Virus record (IMG/VR): IMGVR_UViG_3300045988_086557
Length of the DNA: 64,000 bases
From: a virus
Reading direction: 5' to 3' (one strand)
Below, one piece after another: positions 1 through 12,953 of the stretch (position 1 is the stretch's first letter; each line of letters opens with the position of its first letter). The position numbers were made by a program, and so were the translations under genes. The notes beneath the pieces were generated by a model, which did not search any database, had not been told where the DNA came from, and saw only the letters and a program-made list of their open reading frames with translations.

Positions 1-137
1 GAGAGGAAATCTATGAGATATTTTGTTAAAATACCAAGCAGAGGAAGAATACAAAGCTAGAATATTTGAATAACAATTTCAGGCATATTAATTCCTCCTT
101 TATATTATATATAAAACAATAGGAAGATAATTTAACT

Positions 138-845
<708 letters not shown>

Positions 846-879
846 TTATATAAAATTTTATTATATAATATATATAAGA

Positions 880-1128
880 TTACCAAGGATAATCTCTAGC
901 AATCAAAACATCGCCTTCTGGCATTATAAATTTATATCTACCATCTGAATAAACATCATCAATAGAGCTTCCATCTTTTATTAAATATACATTATCTGAT
1001 ATTCCTGCACTCATAGGACTGCTGTAAACAATTTCTCCAGGGGTTGCTCTTACTGGATAGCCATATTGAAGGCTTGTTTTATCTATTATTGAATACTTTT
1101 CCGTCTGAAAAGTTTGGTTAATAATCAT
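880..1128 (-). CDS. hypothetical protein (82 aa, TAG-free), in tail-fibre neighbourhood
   Basis: intact ORF in track; between recombinase and tail-fibre-like genes; no recognisable motif. Confidence 0.35.
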   Translation of the reverse strand: MIINQTFQTEKYSIIDKTSLQYGYPVRATPGEIVYSSPMSAGISDNVYLIKDGSSIDDVYSDGRYKFIMPEGDVLIARDYPW

Positions 1129-1259
1129 GTTCGCACCTCCTACAAAATTATATATATCTATATATCATTTTCTGGAATTTTTTGGGCTTTAAAAGTTAAA
1201 CTATTTTCTTGTTGATTTATACACTAAATGCCTGAATTATTATATATATCTATATCTTT

Positions 1260-1530
1260 TATTGTTGGAGTTGGACAAATTATCTATTTGCCCTCATCGC
1301 TCAATACTCCAATTATATTTACTGTTTGAGTATTATTAGACCAAGCTGATGAATATAGAGTTATCAATTTAATAATAGGTTTAAGTGCAGAATTTGCTAA
1401 TATAGTATTGAACTCCTTTTCAGTTCCAGTAAACCCTCCTTCTTTAGCTGTTTCATAAGCAGATTTACCGTTTAATCCAGGCTACCCTATTCCAGCAACC
1501 TTTTTCCCATTTACTTTTATCATAGTATAA
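1260..1530 (-). CDS. hypothetical structural protein (TAG-containing)
   Basis: manual translation through 2 in-frame TAG gives a continuous Gly/Thr-rich protein; boundaries approximate. Confidence 0.3.
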
Positions 1531-1559
1531 TACTACCTCCTAAATTTAATTAATATTAC

Positions 1560-2160
1560 CTCCAGTAGAAGTAATTGTAGCGGGACCAATAATTTTATAT
1601 GCTATAACTTGATAATTATTATTTATTAATATAGCTCCCAAACTTTCATATGCAGACTGAGGAGTAATTTTAAGTCCTGAAGAAGAACCGGCATTTATAG
1701 TTATAATACTATTTTTTATCACTTTATAATTATTTTTCTACACTACCCATACTGACATTGGCGCATTTTCATATTCTATTATTACAGTACATCCACTTAT
1801 ACCACTCAATGATTCAAATATAATATCCACCGTTTCTATAGGGGTTTCTGTTGTAATCTATCCTATCTTATCTGCCATAGTTGAAAAACTATCGGTCGCC
1901 GCAGTTTCTACTCCTTTGTCAGTGACTGCGGTCGCTATTAGGGTTTTGCCCTCACTGACATCGGTAAAAAGCTCATCAATAGCTGATTGAACATTAGTGG
2001 CTTTCATACTTGAAGTTTCATTATTATATTCTATTGATGATGCAGTAAGATTTTCATTATCTTCTTCATCAAATTCAATAGTATAAGGTCCTAACCCTAA
2101 TGTTTCTTCCATTTCTGCGCTACCGCCTCCTGGTACGGTAATAGCATTTTGGTTTTTAAC
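1560..2160 (-). CDS. tail-fibre-like protein (TAG-containing), includes ORF-track fragment 1858..2112
   Basis: Gly-rich N-terminus, 'NVQSAIDELFTDV' segment, Thr/Ser/Gly-rich C-terminus typical of fibre proteins; continuous only through TAG. Confidence 0.35.
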
Positions 2161-2271
2161 CTATCCAGTTAAAATACATTCCATAGATATTTTCTCCTTT
2201 CATCTAAAACCTTTAAAAAAGTACACTTTTTAACAGGAAAAATACTTCTTCTGTCTAGATAACAAAAAATT

Positions 2272-2298
2272 GGGAAAAGGGTAAGAAACCCTTTTCCC
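2272..2298. terminator. bidirectional stem-loop 'GGGAAAAGGGT aagaa ACCCTTTTCCC' between convergent/divergent blocks
   Basis: 11-bp perfect stem in AT-rich intergenic DNA between minus-strand fibre genes and plus-strand DGR target. Confidence 0.4.
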
Positions 2299-2509
2299 AA
2301 AAGTGAGTATCTTACTCTTTTCAAATATATATGAAAGAAAGAGTAGATAAATTATATATAGTTGACCAAGTTCAGTAAAGTGTACTTTTTCTCGGAAATT
2401 GTTAATGACTTTCTAAAAGACTGGAGCGAAGATCGCTTCCATCCTCGACCTTCTATCTAGTAATTTAGATTTGTTTATAGCAATAGCTAGATAGAAGGAG
2501 GTAAACAAT

Positions 2510-4264
2510 TTGCCTAAATGTATTTTAGCTGAGTAGGGTGGAAAAGGTGGAGGCTCTCTTTCTCTTGTAAAAATTGAAGTAACCACTCCCCCTAATAAAA
2601 CGAGCTATCTTGCTGGTGACACATTTAATCCTGCTGGAATGGTAGTTACCGCATCTTACGGCAGGGATGGTGTTATTGTAACAGCAGAAGTAACTGGATA
2701 TCAAGTTACTCCAAGTCCTTTAACAGACGGAGTTACTGAAGTAACTATTACTTATTCAGAACTCGGTGAAACTTGTCAAACTGCATAGAAGGTAACTGTT
2801 ATTCATAAACTTCTTAGTATTTAGGTTACTACTAACCCAACTAAGATGACCTATGAATATGGCGACACCCTTCAAACAACAGGAATGGTAGTTACAGCGA
2901 GTTACTCTGATAGTAAAAGCGCGGCTGTCACAGGTTATACGTGCTCACCAACATCCTTAACTACAGTTGGCAGCTAGCAAATTACTGTTTCTTATATAGA
3001 GAATGAAGTAACTCAATCTGCGAAATTTACGGTAACTGTTGAGCGTAAATCTGTCGCTAAACCAACCTGGAAAAGTAATCTTACCTATACAGGTAATAGT
3101 CAATCAGTAAGTGGAACTTCTTATTGGAATAATTTCAATACCACTTATATGACGATTGGTGGAACTACTTCCGCTACTAACGCAGGAACTTATACAGCTA
3201 CATTTACTCTAAAGAGCAACTATAGATGGGCTGATAAGACAACCGATAATCTTGATGTAAACTGGGTTATTAATAAAGCCGCGGGTAGTTTAACCGTAAA
3301 TCCAACTTCTGTTGCTCTTGATGGAGATAATTATAGTGCTGGCGTTAAAGTTACTATTACTCGCGCGGGAGATGGAGCTATTAGCTATACTCCAACTAGT
3401 GTTACTGGTCTTACCCTCTCTTTAAGTGGTAATATTCTTACTATTAAAGGTGATGGCAGTACAGCTATTTCTTCTACCACGATTACTATTAAAGTTGCGG
3501 CCGGAACTAACCATACTGCTCCAGGTAACAAGACTGTTACAGTAACAGCAAGCTATTGGGAGTGGGGTTCTGAAACTGCTACTGGTGATGCTAAGTGGTG
3601 GGCTGGATTAAAGACCTGGGCAGCTAAGGCTTCTTCCAGTGAAAGAAAGAAATGTGTAGGTAAAAAGAAACTTGTAAGTCTTTCTAGTGCGGTACTTGGT
3701 GCCAACGCTGCTACAATGATTTGTATTGGTGCTGATTAGGATGGAACTGGAACATTAACTTTCCAGACTGCGGGAACTTTACCTAACAGTACATCATTTG
3801 GTAGTAACGCGTTATGGAATGGTTCAACCGCTCAATCCTTGTGCAATGATTTTGGTAATAGATGTAGCGCAACCGCTTCTATTAAATCTGTTACTAAGAA
3901 GACAAGTTCTGCTAGTAATGGTAATTAGAATAATACTGCGGATGTTCAAACAACTGCAAAATGTTGGCTACCTTCTGAATGTGAGATGGGATTTACTAGC
4001 TCTAGCGGCTATGCTAGTTCTTATTAGGAGTGGACTGTTGGAGGAAGTTAGACGGCCTATAGTTACTATACAAGCAACTCTACTAGAGTTAAATACCAGA
4101 TGAACGCCAATGGTTCGTTGACGAATTCAACGATGTGGTATTGGGAACGGTCCCGTTACTACAGCAACTCGAGCGACGTTTGCTATGTCATCAACGATGG
4201 ATCTGCGAGCTACGACTTCTACCGCCACAGCTGCGGGCTCGCGCCGGCTTTCGTCATTGGATAA
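2510..4264 (+). CDS. DGR target protein (about 584 aa): tandem bacterial Ig-like repeats and a C-terminal C-type-lectin-like variable region; 7 in-frame TAG
   Basis: TTG start 9 nt after AGGAGG. Repeated 'KVTV...VTT.P.KT.Y..GDT....G.VVTASYSD' Ig-like units. 3' end contains the VR (4148..4247) ending in a GC-rich IMH. In frame with track ORF 3149..3739. Confidence 0.8.
4148..4247 (+). repeat. DGR variable repeat (VR), 100 bp, at 3' end of target gene
   Basis: 83/100 identical to TR at 4871..4970; all 17 mismatches fall at positions that are adenine in TR. Ends with shared GC-rich 'GGGCTCGCGCCGG' (IMH-like). Confidence 0.9.
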
Positions 4265-4345
4265 TACAGCAAAATAACAATTCGGGACAGTTAAGGTTAA
4301 ATTGTCCAATAAAAAAATTATATATTCAAGTGAGGGAAATTTTAA

Positions 4346-4840
4346 ATGTCTGTAAAAGTAAAGGATAGACACCTATCAAAACAAGACTGTCTTTATAAAG
4401 CCCGTGAATTGGTTGGCTACATTTTAGTCTTAACTCGTCCTAGAGAATTTGATAAGGATGGAAAACAAATCTGCAAACCTGGACTGCTTGGAGAGGGTCA
4501 ACCTCTTCAAGCGTTCGGGTACGATATAATTAAATGCGGAAAGGGTATACACGCTTGCTGTTATGAGGCGTGTAGGATAAACTTAAAAGATAAAGAAACC
4601 CTTACAAAAAGAAATGAATATCACAATAGAGCGATTGAATATTGTGATAGTATATTTCGACAAATCGACCTATGTATTTATTAGTATGCTCAGAACAGCA
4701 AAAAGAAAAGAAGATCTTTTGAACATCTAGCTAGATTGACTAAGAAAGTAAAAGAATCAATCCAAGATAGAAAAAATAGAGATAAACTTATAGTCGAGCA
4801 TAGATATTCGGCTCCTAAAACCCATAGGAGAGGTCGATAA
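4346..4840 (+). CDS. DGR accessory protein candidate (Avd-like by position), about 164 aa with 1 in-frame TAG
   Basis: small basic helical protein encoded between VR and TR immediately upstream of TR-RT (canonical avd position); no strong sequence match recognised. Confidence 0.4.
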
Positions 4841-4870
4841 TATTTTTCTGCGGTTAAATTCTGTATCTTT

Positions 4871-4970
4871 CGGTCCCGTAACTACAACAACTCGAACAAC
4901 GTTTGCAATGTCAACAACGATGGATCTGCGAACAACAACAACTACAACAACAGCAACGGGCTCGCGCCGG
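4871..4970 (+). repeat. DGR template repeat (TR), 100 bp, AAC-codon rich, non-coding
   Basis: cognate of VR; adenine-specific mismatch pattern; followed by structured spacer with hairpins 'GCTGCGGAGCAGC' and 'GTAGCTAccactaTAGCTAC' before the RT gene. Confidence 0.9.
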
Positions 4971-5279
4971 ATTAGATGGAGCTATCATGTTGCGAGTTAA
5001 GCTGCGGAGCAGCGCAAACGAGCAACGCCTAAATAGTACCCCGGAGTATATTATTATCCATCTAATTAAGGTTTACTCTGGATTGCACTCACTATGTGGG
5101 GAAGAGATTGAGAGACCATTAAAGAGCTTTGCTCTACAACTATCGAATAATATACTATAGGTAGATCTGCCTTTTCATCTAAGGAGAACTTAACCATTTC
5201 ACTGAAAAAGTGGATAAAGTAAGACTGTAGACGTGGAGCTCGAGTAGCTACCACTATAGCTACATGATAAGGAGAAAGT

Positions 5280-6497
5280 ATGTCTGAAATAAATCAAGAT
5301 ACTACTTTCGAGCGTTTTTGTAGTTTTGACACTATGTATGATGCGTCTTATAAGGTATGCCGAAACGTTCGATGGAAAGATAGTACAATTAATTTTGAAG
5401 AGAATAGGATAGAAACAATTTTAAAAACAGAAGCTGATCTGCGAGCGTGTGAATACGAATAGCTTGTGTTTAGTTGTTTTTCGATAATCGAACGAGGCAA
5501 ACCAAGAGATATAAGAGCGTGTCATATCAACGACAGACTGGTACAAAATGCGTTATGTGAACAAGTTTTATTACCAGAATTAACTCCTAGATTTATCTAC
5601 GATAATTGTGCTACTTTAAGAGGAAAAGGAATAGACTTTGCTTTAAAAAGAGTAAAGAAACATCTTCAACAAGCTCATAGAGAATATGGATTAGGAAAAG
5701 ATTTTTATGGGTTAAGAATTGATATTCAAAAATATTTTGATTCTATTGACCATAAATCTTTAAAGAAAGCGGCTAAACGTTTGATAAAAGATAAAAGAAT
5801 TTATCAACTATGCTGTTATTTAATAGATACATTTTCTTTTAAGCTAACAAAAGATTCCTCTCCCATACCAGGAAAAGATTATTATATTAGTAAACGGCAC
5901 AAATACACGAGAATTAGTACCACTAATTTTAAGCCTGGCCGCAAATACTATGAATATGATAATAAAAGTCTTGGATTGGGAAGTCAAACATCACAATTAT
6001 TCGCATTGCTAGCATTGAACGAAATTGACCACTTCATCAAAGAAGAGTTACATATTAAGTATTATGGTCGTTATATGGATGATTTATATTTATTCCACAA
6101 TGACAGTCAATACTTAGCCGAATGTGAAAAGAGAATAGAAGTTCGCTTAAATAAGCAAGGATTAAAGATGAATAAGAAAAAGACTACTATTACTAGAATC
6201 TCTCCTATTCATGCGGACGGCAAACGTCACGCTCCATTAAAATACTTAAAGTGGAACTTTTATCTCACAGACACTAATCATATAATACAAATTCCTTTTA
6301 AAAAGAAAGTGGCTCATTAGCGCAGAAAGTTAAAGAAAATGCAAGCGCTATGGTTAGAGGGTAAAATTTCAACAGATGAAATTTAGAAATCCTATCAAGG
6401 TTGGAGGGCACATATTTCTAAAGGAACTTGTTTTTATATAATTCAAGATATGGACAATTATTTTCGTTCATTATTTAAAGGAGTTGAAATAAAGTAA
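5280..6497 (+). CDS. DGR reverse transcriptase (about 405 aa; 3 in-frame TAG)
   Basis: 'ERGKPRDIRACHINDRLVQNAL', 'RGKGIDFAL', DGR-specific 'LGSQTSQLFALLALNEIDHFIKEE' (replaces the QGxxxSP motif), 'YYGRYMDDLYLF' (YxDD), C-terminal 'SYQGWRAHISKG'. Track ORFs 5280..5462 and 5466..6320 share one frame. Confidence 0.9.
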
Positions 6498-7157
6498 TGT
6501 ATATTCTATTAAATAGAGAGAATGTAGTAGTTGATATTCTTTCAGAAGCACGTTACATTAAACTGCAATCCTCAAATGGTATTGTCGTTGCCTGCGAGGA
6601 AGAAGAGGGAACTGGGGTTATCGGCTCAAATGGAGATACACATTATACTCTAATTAAAGCCGATGTATTAAATCAATCTAATGCTGTAAAAGTATTAGAG
6701 ATAGAAACAATTCCATCAGATGTTACTCCTAATTATTCAATATATAATCAAGAAGATGGAACATTCACTTCTGATTTAGATTAGGCAAAGTATGACAAAC
6801 AAGAGGAAAACAAGAAACTATTCGCAGAGTATCTTGCTACCCACCCACTAACTTGGGTTGATGGAAAAGAATATGGAATTACGTAGGAGGACCAGTCTGA
6901 GATTAGCTTAAATCTCAATCAATATCAAGTCGCTCTCGCGGCTGAAGTAGAAAATCCTACGCTTGAGTGGCACGCTCGACACGAAGAATGTGTGCCATGG
7001 AGTTTAGAGCAATTATCCGCTCTAAGTTTAGCTATTTCAAATGTGGTATATCCCAAATATCATTTAATGCAAGAATATAAAACTTAGATATTCGAAGCTG
7101 ATTCAATAGATAAATTAAAAGCTATTGAATTAAACTATGAAGATACCGACAGTGAGT
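6497..7157 (+). CDS. hypothetical protein (about 220 aa, 3 in-frame TAG)
   Basis: ATG overlaps RT stop; continuous through TAG; no motif recognised. Confidence 0.4.
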
Positions 7158-7594
7158 AAAAATATAATTCTATTTGCAGTTGGAGGAACTCTATATTACG
7201 GTATAGAGTTCCTCTATAAAACTTTTATCAGCTTTGGAACTTGTCATTGGTCTATGTTCTTATTGGGCGGCTTATGCTTTTTATTAATAGGACTAATGAA
7301 TGAGAACGTTCTTTGGGAAGAATCTATTCTTACTCAAGGAGTAAAAGGCTCTTTAATCATAACTGCTTTAGAATTAATCTTTGGTCTAGTATTAAATGTA
7401 AAACTAGGCTTAGGTATTTGGGATTATTCTCACGTTCCATTGAATTTTATGGGGTAGATTTGTTTACCATTCTCTATCGCCTGGTTCTTTTTAAGCCTTT
7501 TGGCAATAGTATTAGACGACTACCTAAGATGGAAATGGTTTGGAGAAGAAAAACCGCATTATCATTTATATAGTAAACCTCCTTGCGAGAAATA
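7137..7594 (+). CDS. 4-TM membrane protein (DUF1113/PF06541-like; possible holin-like function), 1 in-frame TAG
   Basis: hydrophobic segments; 'GIWDYSHVPLNFMG.ICLPFSIAWFFLSL' resembles Firmicute PF06541 membrane proteins. Confidence 0.35.
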
Positions 7595-7642
7595 AAAAAA
7601 ATGGGGAGAACCTTAATTTCAAGGTTCTCCCCATTTTTTTTA
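7593..7642. terminator. bidirectional intrinsic terminator
   Basis: A-run, 12-bp stem 'GGGGAGAACCTT aatttc AAGGTTCTCCCC', T-run; sits between convergent plus and minus operons. Confidence 0.75.
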
Positions 7643-8422
7643 TTTTACATCAATGATAATAATAGCAATATCATTTGTTGGTTTTTCTTTTGTATAAAAG
7701 GTAATTCCAACCCCAACTGATGCATCAGCGTGATCAATTTTACTATACTCTTCAAGATTAGAAGTATAACTAATAATAGGTGGCACATTACCTGCTTTTC
7801 CGCAAGTTAAAGAAGTATTGGAATAAGTATATGTATACATATCTTCATTTAATACCCAACCTGATGCAGAAAGAGTTGCTGGATAAGCTGCCGTAGTACT
7901 TCCACTAATCTAGTTATCTGTTTCCAATTTGCTATACACATCTAAATTAGTTCTCGCCCCTGCTGCATTAATTGCCCCAGTTCCACCAACTGAAATTGGA
8001 AGCGTTCCAAATTGCGGAGCGCCAGCTGTAGCGGCAAATAAAGCGCCAGTTCCTTGCAATCCTGTTACACCATTCTCGCTATTTCCGATAACAACCTAAC
8101 CAGCCTCAATTTCAACCATCTTTACCGCATTAGTTCCATTACCAATTAATAAAGCATTTACAGTTAGACTATTATGTCCAGTTCCGCCCTGAGCTACAGT
8201 GGCAGTCATATTTTTAAGAAAAATATCATCAATATCAATCTCAGTAATATCATTCTTTAGAACTTGAGCAGCATAGGCATTTACCTGCAAACGCCCACCT
8301 TCTTCATTACTAATATCAATAAAGAGATTTCCTTTATCTTCTGTGAAATAAGCGTATCCTTCATGAAGAGGTACACTATTCAAATTATCTTCTGGTCCTC
8401 GAAAAATCTTAAATAAAGCCAT
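7640..8422 (-). CDS. tail fibre / receptor-binding-like protein (261 aa, 2 in-frame TAG), last gene of late operon
   Basis: AAAGGAGGG RBS; conserved N-terminus 'MALFKIFRG...EGYAYFTED.GNLFID', Gly-rich collagen-like middle 'GGTGHNS...GTGALFAATAGAPQFG'; track ORFs 8096..8422 and 7640..7840 share one frame. Confidence 0.5.
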
Positions 8423-8455
8423 TTTAGGCCCTCCTTTATACTCTCTAAATATAAA

Positions 8456-10366
8456 TTAAGGTATTAAATCACTAAAACTTCCCCAAGATAACAACTCTTC
8501 TATCTATTCGGCAGAATATGTCTATCTATCTTTATTTGTAATAGCTCCACCGATTAAAGTGTTGATATAATGAACGCTATAAGTTTTATTTGTTACCTCT
8601 CCACCATCTTCATTATTATAATCATTATCAATAAGGTTAGCAATACCTCCGGTTAGTTGAACTCTTCCCCATACTCCATCGGCTGCTTTATAATACCAAT
8701 AAGAAGTTTCCTAATTAGTCTCATATTCAACCCAAGTAATAGAGAAAATATCCTCTGCGCTGATTTCTCCATCGTAATTTTCTTCGATGTAATTTACGCC
8801 ATTCTATAAAGAATCCTTAATTGTTTCAGTTTCGTTAATAGTGTAACTTTTAACTATTTTAAGAGCTTCTCCAACAGGACCTTTTAAGTTTCCTTTGTTC
8901 TTAACCCATGTTCCATTAGAGCCTAATGAATAAATATCTCCTGTATCAGTATTTAAATACAGATCTCCTGTTTTAGCTCCATCAACAGTAACATTTAAAG
9001 ATGTATCAGAAACAGTTAATCCAGCAAATAATTTAGATCCTCTTGGAATCTAGAAATCAAGATTTACTGTATCAGAAGAAATAATCTTACTAGAGACAGA
9101 TCCCTCTTCATCAATTCCTATAAAATCAAAAGAAACTCCGTATTTAACCGCGGATGGCAGCCCAAAGACAAGTTTCCAAGCGGTTTCTTCTGTATTAGTA
9201 AATTCTCTTACTACAGTAGGTGCAGTTGGTTCATACCCGCTACCGCCATTTGTGTAAGGATCTAATTTTGTTACTTCTATTTCAGGCAATGGAGACTAAA
9301 TACAAGCAACATATTGGAAAGTGCAAGTTGTACCCGACTTCTTTGTTACCTTGTAAATAAAACCGGTCGGTGCATTAATATAATAATCACCAATATTATA
9401 ATCTGCAAAAGCTTCATTCGTTTCTTCATAAATCCCAGCAGTTCTTTCCCCTAATAGTTCACCATAATAAAACTTAATAGATTCTGGTAAACTAAATTTT
9501 AATACCGGAGAATTAATATTAGTATTATTTATCTAAACTGATGGGTTTTCCTCTGGACCTACAATAATAGTCTCTGGATTTCCCATTACCTAGCTTTGAG
9601 GTAAAAAGAAATTAATAACTGGATTATTTATATCATCAAAATTTATCTCAAAATATGGTGTTTCATTAGAATCAAGAACTGTTGTAGTTCCTTCCTATAA
9701 TGATTGAGATACAGGTAATTGGAATTTAATTGCCGGTCTATTTATAGAATAAGAACCAGACGTTTCTAAGGATACTGTAGGTTCCTCTCCAACATTTAAT
9801 AATTCAACCAGTGCCGTTTCAATAACTTGTGATTGTGGCAAAGATAATTTTAAACTTGGATTATTTATATCCGTTGTATCTAATTCCGCAGTAGGATTTT
9901 TATTGCAGTCTAGAACAGTTGTTTCACCTAATTGAATATTTTGACTCTAAGGTAGCTAAAAAGTTAGCCACAATCTATCTAAATCTGTATTATCCCAAAC
10001 TACATTTGGATCTTTGTCGGCATCAAGAACTTCTGTATCATGTAAGCTAATTCTTGGTGTATTTCCTGTCATGGAAGCCTGCATCTCATAGCTTAGGCCG
10101 CCCGCAGACCCACTTCCATCTTTATCATTAAAAACTTTTTTCCAAAGGGTAGAGTTATAACTTTTACCATAATTCTATAAATCTTCATTCTTATAAATAT
10201 CATAATTTGCATCACTTGGCAAACCATACGATACAATAACGAAATCTCCAGGGAAAATAGAAGATGTCCAACCCTTTGTTAAATCTCTATCCATCTAATA
10301 TTTACTAGTAAAGATTTGCTTAATTTCAAAATCTATACCTTTAGGTCCTCCATAGAAACTCTCCAT
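8456..10366 (-). CDS. tail protein with about 35-aa internal repeats ('...DINNP.LKFSLPQSQ...') (about 637 aa, TAG-containing)
   Basis: continuous reading through about 12 TAG; includes track ORF 9050..9289 in frame; repeat units seen at least 4 times. Confidence 0.45.
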
Positions 10367-10380
10367 AGTTTGACACCTCC

Positions 10381-10971
10381 TTATACATAAATAAAGTCAA
10401 TAATGACATTATATAAATCCTAATAATTTTCTGGAGCATCAACATTATCAGGATTTGGTAGTACATAAATGCCATTTACCCCCTGATTATATAAGCTTAA
10501 TGCTGTCTAATAAGCCTCTATATAAGCAGTCTAAATATTATTATATGCGTCCCAATAAGCCTTATATCCTTCTGGATCGGTATCTTGATCTGGCATATCT
10601 GGATTTTCTTTATAAAATCTCTCCAAATCTTCACTTCTTTTTTTGTCTGCGGCTTGCATTCCCGCAGTTCCTTGTTCAATAGCCTACTGAGATGCTTCTT
10701 CGTCTTTCTCATACTTTCTAGGTCTAATAAAATACATATTAGTAATAGCTATGTCATCATCTAGTTCATATATTCCAGTTCTACCAACCATAATAGTTTT
10801 TGATTCATTCATAACTATCTTAGTCCCAGCAGGAGCCTATACTCCAACTTTATTAAATTGAGAGGCCCCCACTTGGACAACAATATCACTGAATATATTC
10901 TACCCACTAGAAACATAACTACCACTGTTGTTATCTATTACATTATAATATATTTGACCAACAGTTGGCAT
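10381..10971 (-). CDS. hypothetical virion protein (about 196 aa, TAG-containing)
   Basis: ATG after AGGAG; start and stop in the same frame; acidic C-terminal half; differs from the overlapping low-complexity track ORF 10518..10712 (alternative frame). Confidence 0.35.
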
Positions 10972-10987
10972 TATCTCCTACTCCTCC

Positions 10988-12892
10988 TTATACTCTTGTT
11001 AATACTTCCGTGGCTGTAATACTCATAGTTCCATTATATGAAAGAGGTAAAGTGAATTGGGTTATCTAATAATTTCCACTAAGTCCACTGTCTTTATCTT
11101 CAACATAAAGAATATTATTTGGTTCCATATAATATTTTGGTAAACAAGTAATGGATATAGTTGTATTATAATTTAAATTCTAATACAACATTTCTCTAAT
11201 TTTATCAAAACAACTTGCATTTGTGGAGCTTATTGAAAATAAATTATAATACTCAGAAGTAAGAACAAAAAATCTCTAACCAATTCCTCTATATTCTGCT
11301 ATCAAATCCTGGTCTAATCCTTCAATAAATATAATATCAGGAGCTTCTATATTATATACGGAAGTTATATCAGAACTATTAATTACTTTAGTCCTTCTAC
11401 CTATCTCATTTATTGAATATTTTCCAATTTCTGAACCGGTATCTATAAAATCTAGCCAATAGTTTAGATTTCCTGGATTATTAAATACATCTGGATTCCA
11501 ATGATTATATTCATCCCATTTCCCATTTAGTGGATTATATAAATTGCGCCATTCGGCGATTAATTCAGAATCATAATAATTATCATATACACTATTTGTT
11601 ACTTGTGCGTTTAATGCTCTACGATATAATTCCTCTCTCCACTCATCGCATGGAGATCCAACTAATTCTACTTCATATCCTGATATTGAATAATCAGAAG
11701 ATATATTATTAAAATCATATCTTATAATTAATCCCGTTTCTTTATCACTCACAGCCCACATATAATATCCTGCTAAGTCAATTATTGGTTTGGTATCAAT
11801 AGCAAGATGATACCTAATATCAACTTCTACTCCAGATGTAGTGGTTCTCTTTCCCCAAACATAAAAATCATTTTTTATATTATCAAACTTTGGACTGCGG
11901 GTTATGGCTGTAGTAGTATCAAGATCGGTTAAAGAGTATAAAAACTTAGCATTATTATAGCTCTTTACATAATTTTCTGGAGATAACTCTGTTAAAGGAC
12001 TTCCAGTATTAAGATAATTCTTTATCTACTAAAAGATAAAGCGACCATCTATATCATAAAAATACTCAAAATTTCCAAGAACTTCAACTATTTTATCTAA
12101 TAGAGTAGTTACAGTATCTCCAGCATCTAAAATTAATTCTCCCGGATAAGTAAATTCAGTTTCTCTATATCCAGCATCCTATCCATAACTTATCATATGA
12201 GGAAAATCAGCGCTTGGAGAAAAGTCCATACTTTCATAATTATTGCTAAAATATATGGGTTTATCTCCTATATATTTAACCAACATCTTACAAGTTTCTT
12301 CTATGTCAGTAATAATAATATTTGTTATAGCTTCTCCGCCCCAATGGTTGACTGCTTCATATATAATTTGAAAGATAGTTGGATATACAATTTCTATATC
12401 TCCATCTTTTTTCTATATATAACTTTCATGAAAGGTTATGGAGCCTGGAAACGTCCCTCCTGCGGTTCCATCAAGTAAACACATTTTATCTTTTCCACTT
12501 ATAGAGATTGTCCATCCAGAAGTGGATCTTGCTGCCGATGCGTTAGATAAAACAAATAATCCACAAGGAAACCAAATTATATCTCCATATCTTGCATAAG
12601 ACTTTAACGGATTATTATATCCAACAAAAACTTTAACCTTCTTGTTTATTGAAATCTCATTATCTATATTTTCAATATCGCTATTATTCTCATTAGCCAA
12701 CATAGTTAGGTTAATTGTTCTACGAACAGAGGACGATCCATTAACACTTAAACTACCAGCAGTTATGTTGCCCTATATTTCTCTAATAGGTTTTTCATCA
12801 AAAGAAAGTAAAATAATTTTTGCGTAATGAGTTTTAATATTTAATTTATCAAGAGCTATAAGGAAATCCATATCATTTAAATAATCAAACAT
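10988..12892 (-). CDS. tail/baseplate structural protein (about 635 aa, TAG-containing)
   Basis: AAGGTGG RBS; contains track ORFs 11276..11761 and 12413..12703 in one frame joined by TAG. Confidence 0.4.
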
Positions 12893-12953
12893 AATACTAT
12901 TCCACCTTCATGCGCATTTGATTTGTTAAACATTTATAATTTATTACACAAAA

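Noticed and set aside
3798-4372. Track ORFs 3798..4103 (+), 4135..4368 (+) and 4127..4372 (-) overlapping the DGR target 3' end/VR
   Set aside because: Alternative frames of the Thr/Ser-rich target gene and VR; low-complexity translations, no RBS. The target frame carries the Ig-like repeats.
4903-5254. ORFs 4903..5160 (+) and 5066..5254 (-) overlapping the TR and spacer
   Set aside because: The TR is a non-coding RNA template. The 'QQQLQQQQ' translation is an artefact of the AAC/CAA-rich repeat.
10518-10712. Track ORF 10518..10712 (-), a K/I-rich 64-aa peptide
   Set aside because: An alternative frame of the same DNA gives a longer, compositionally normal protein continuous through TAG with start and stop in one frame; the track ORF is a stop-free low-complexity frame.
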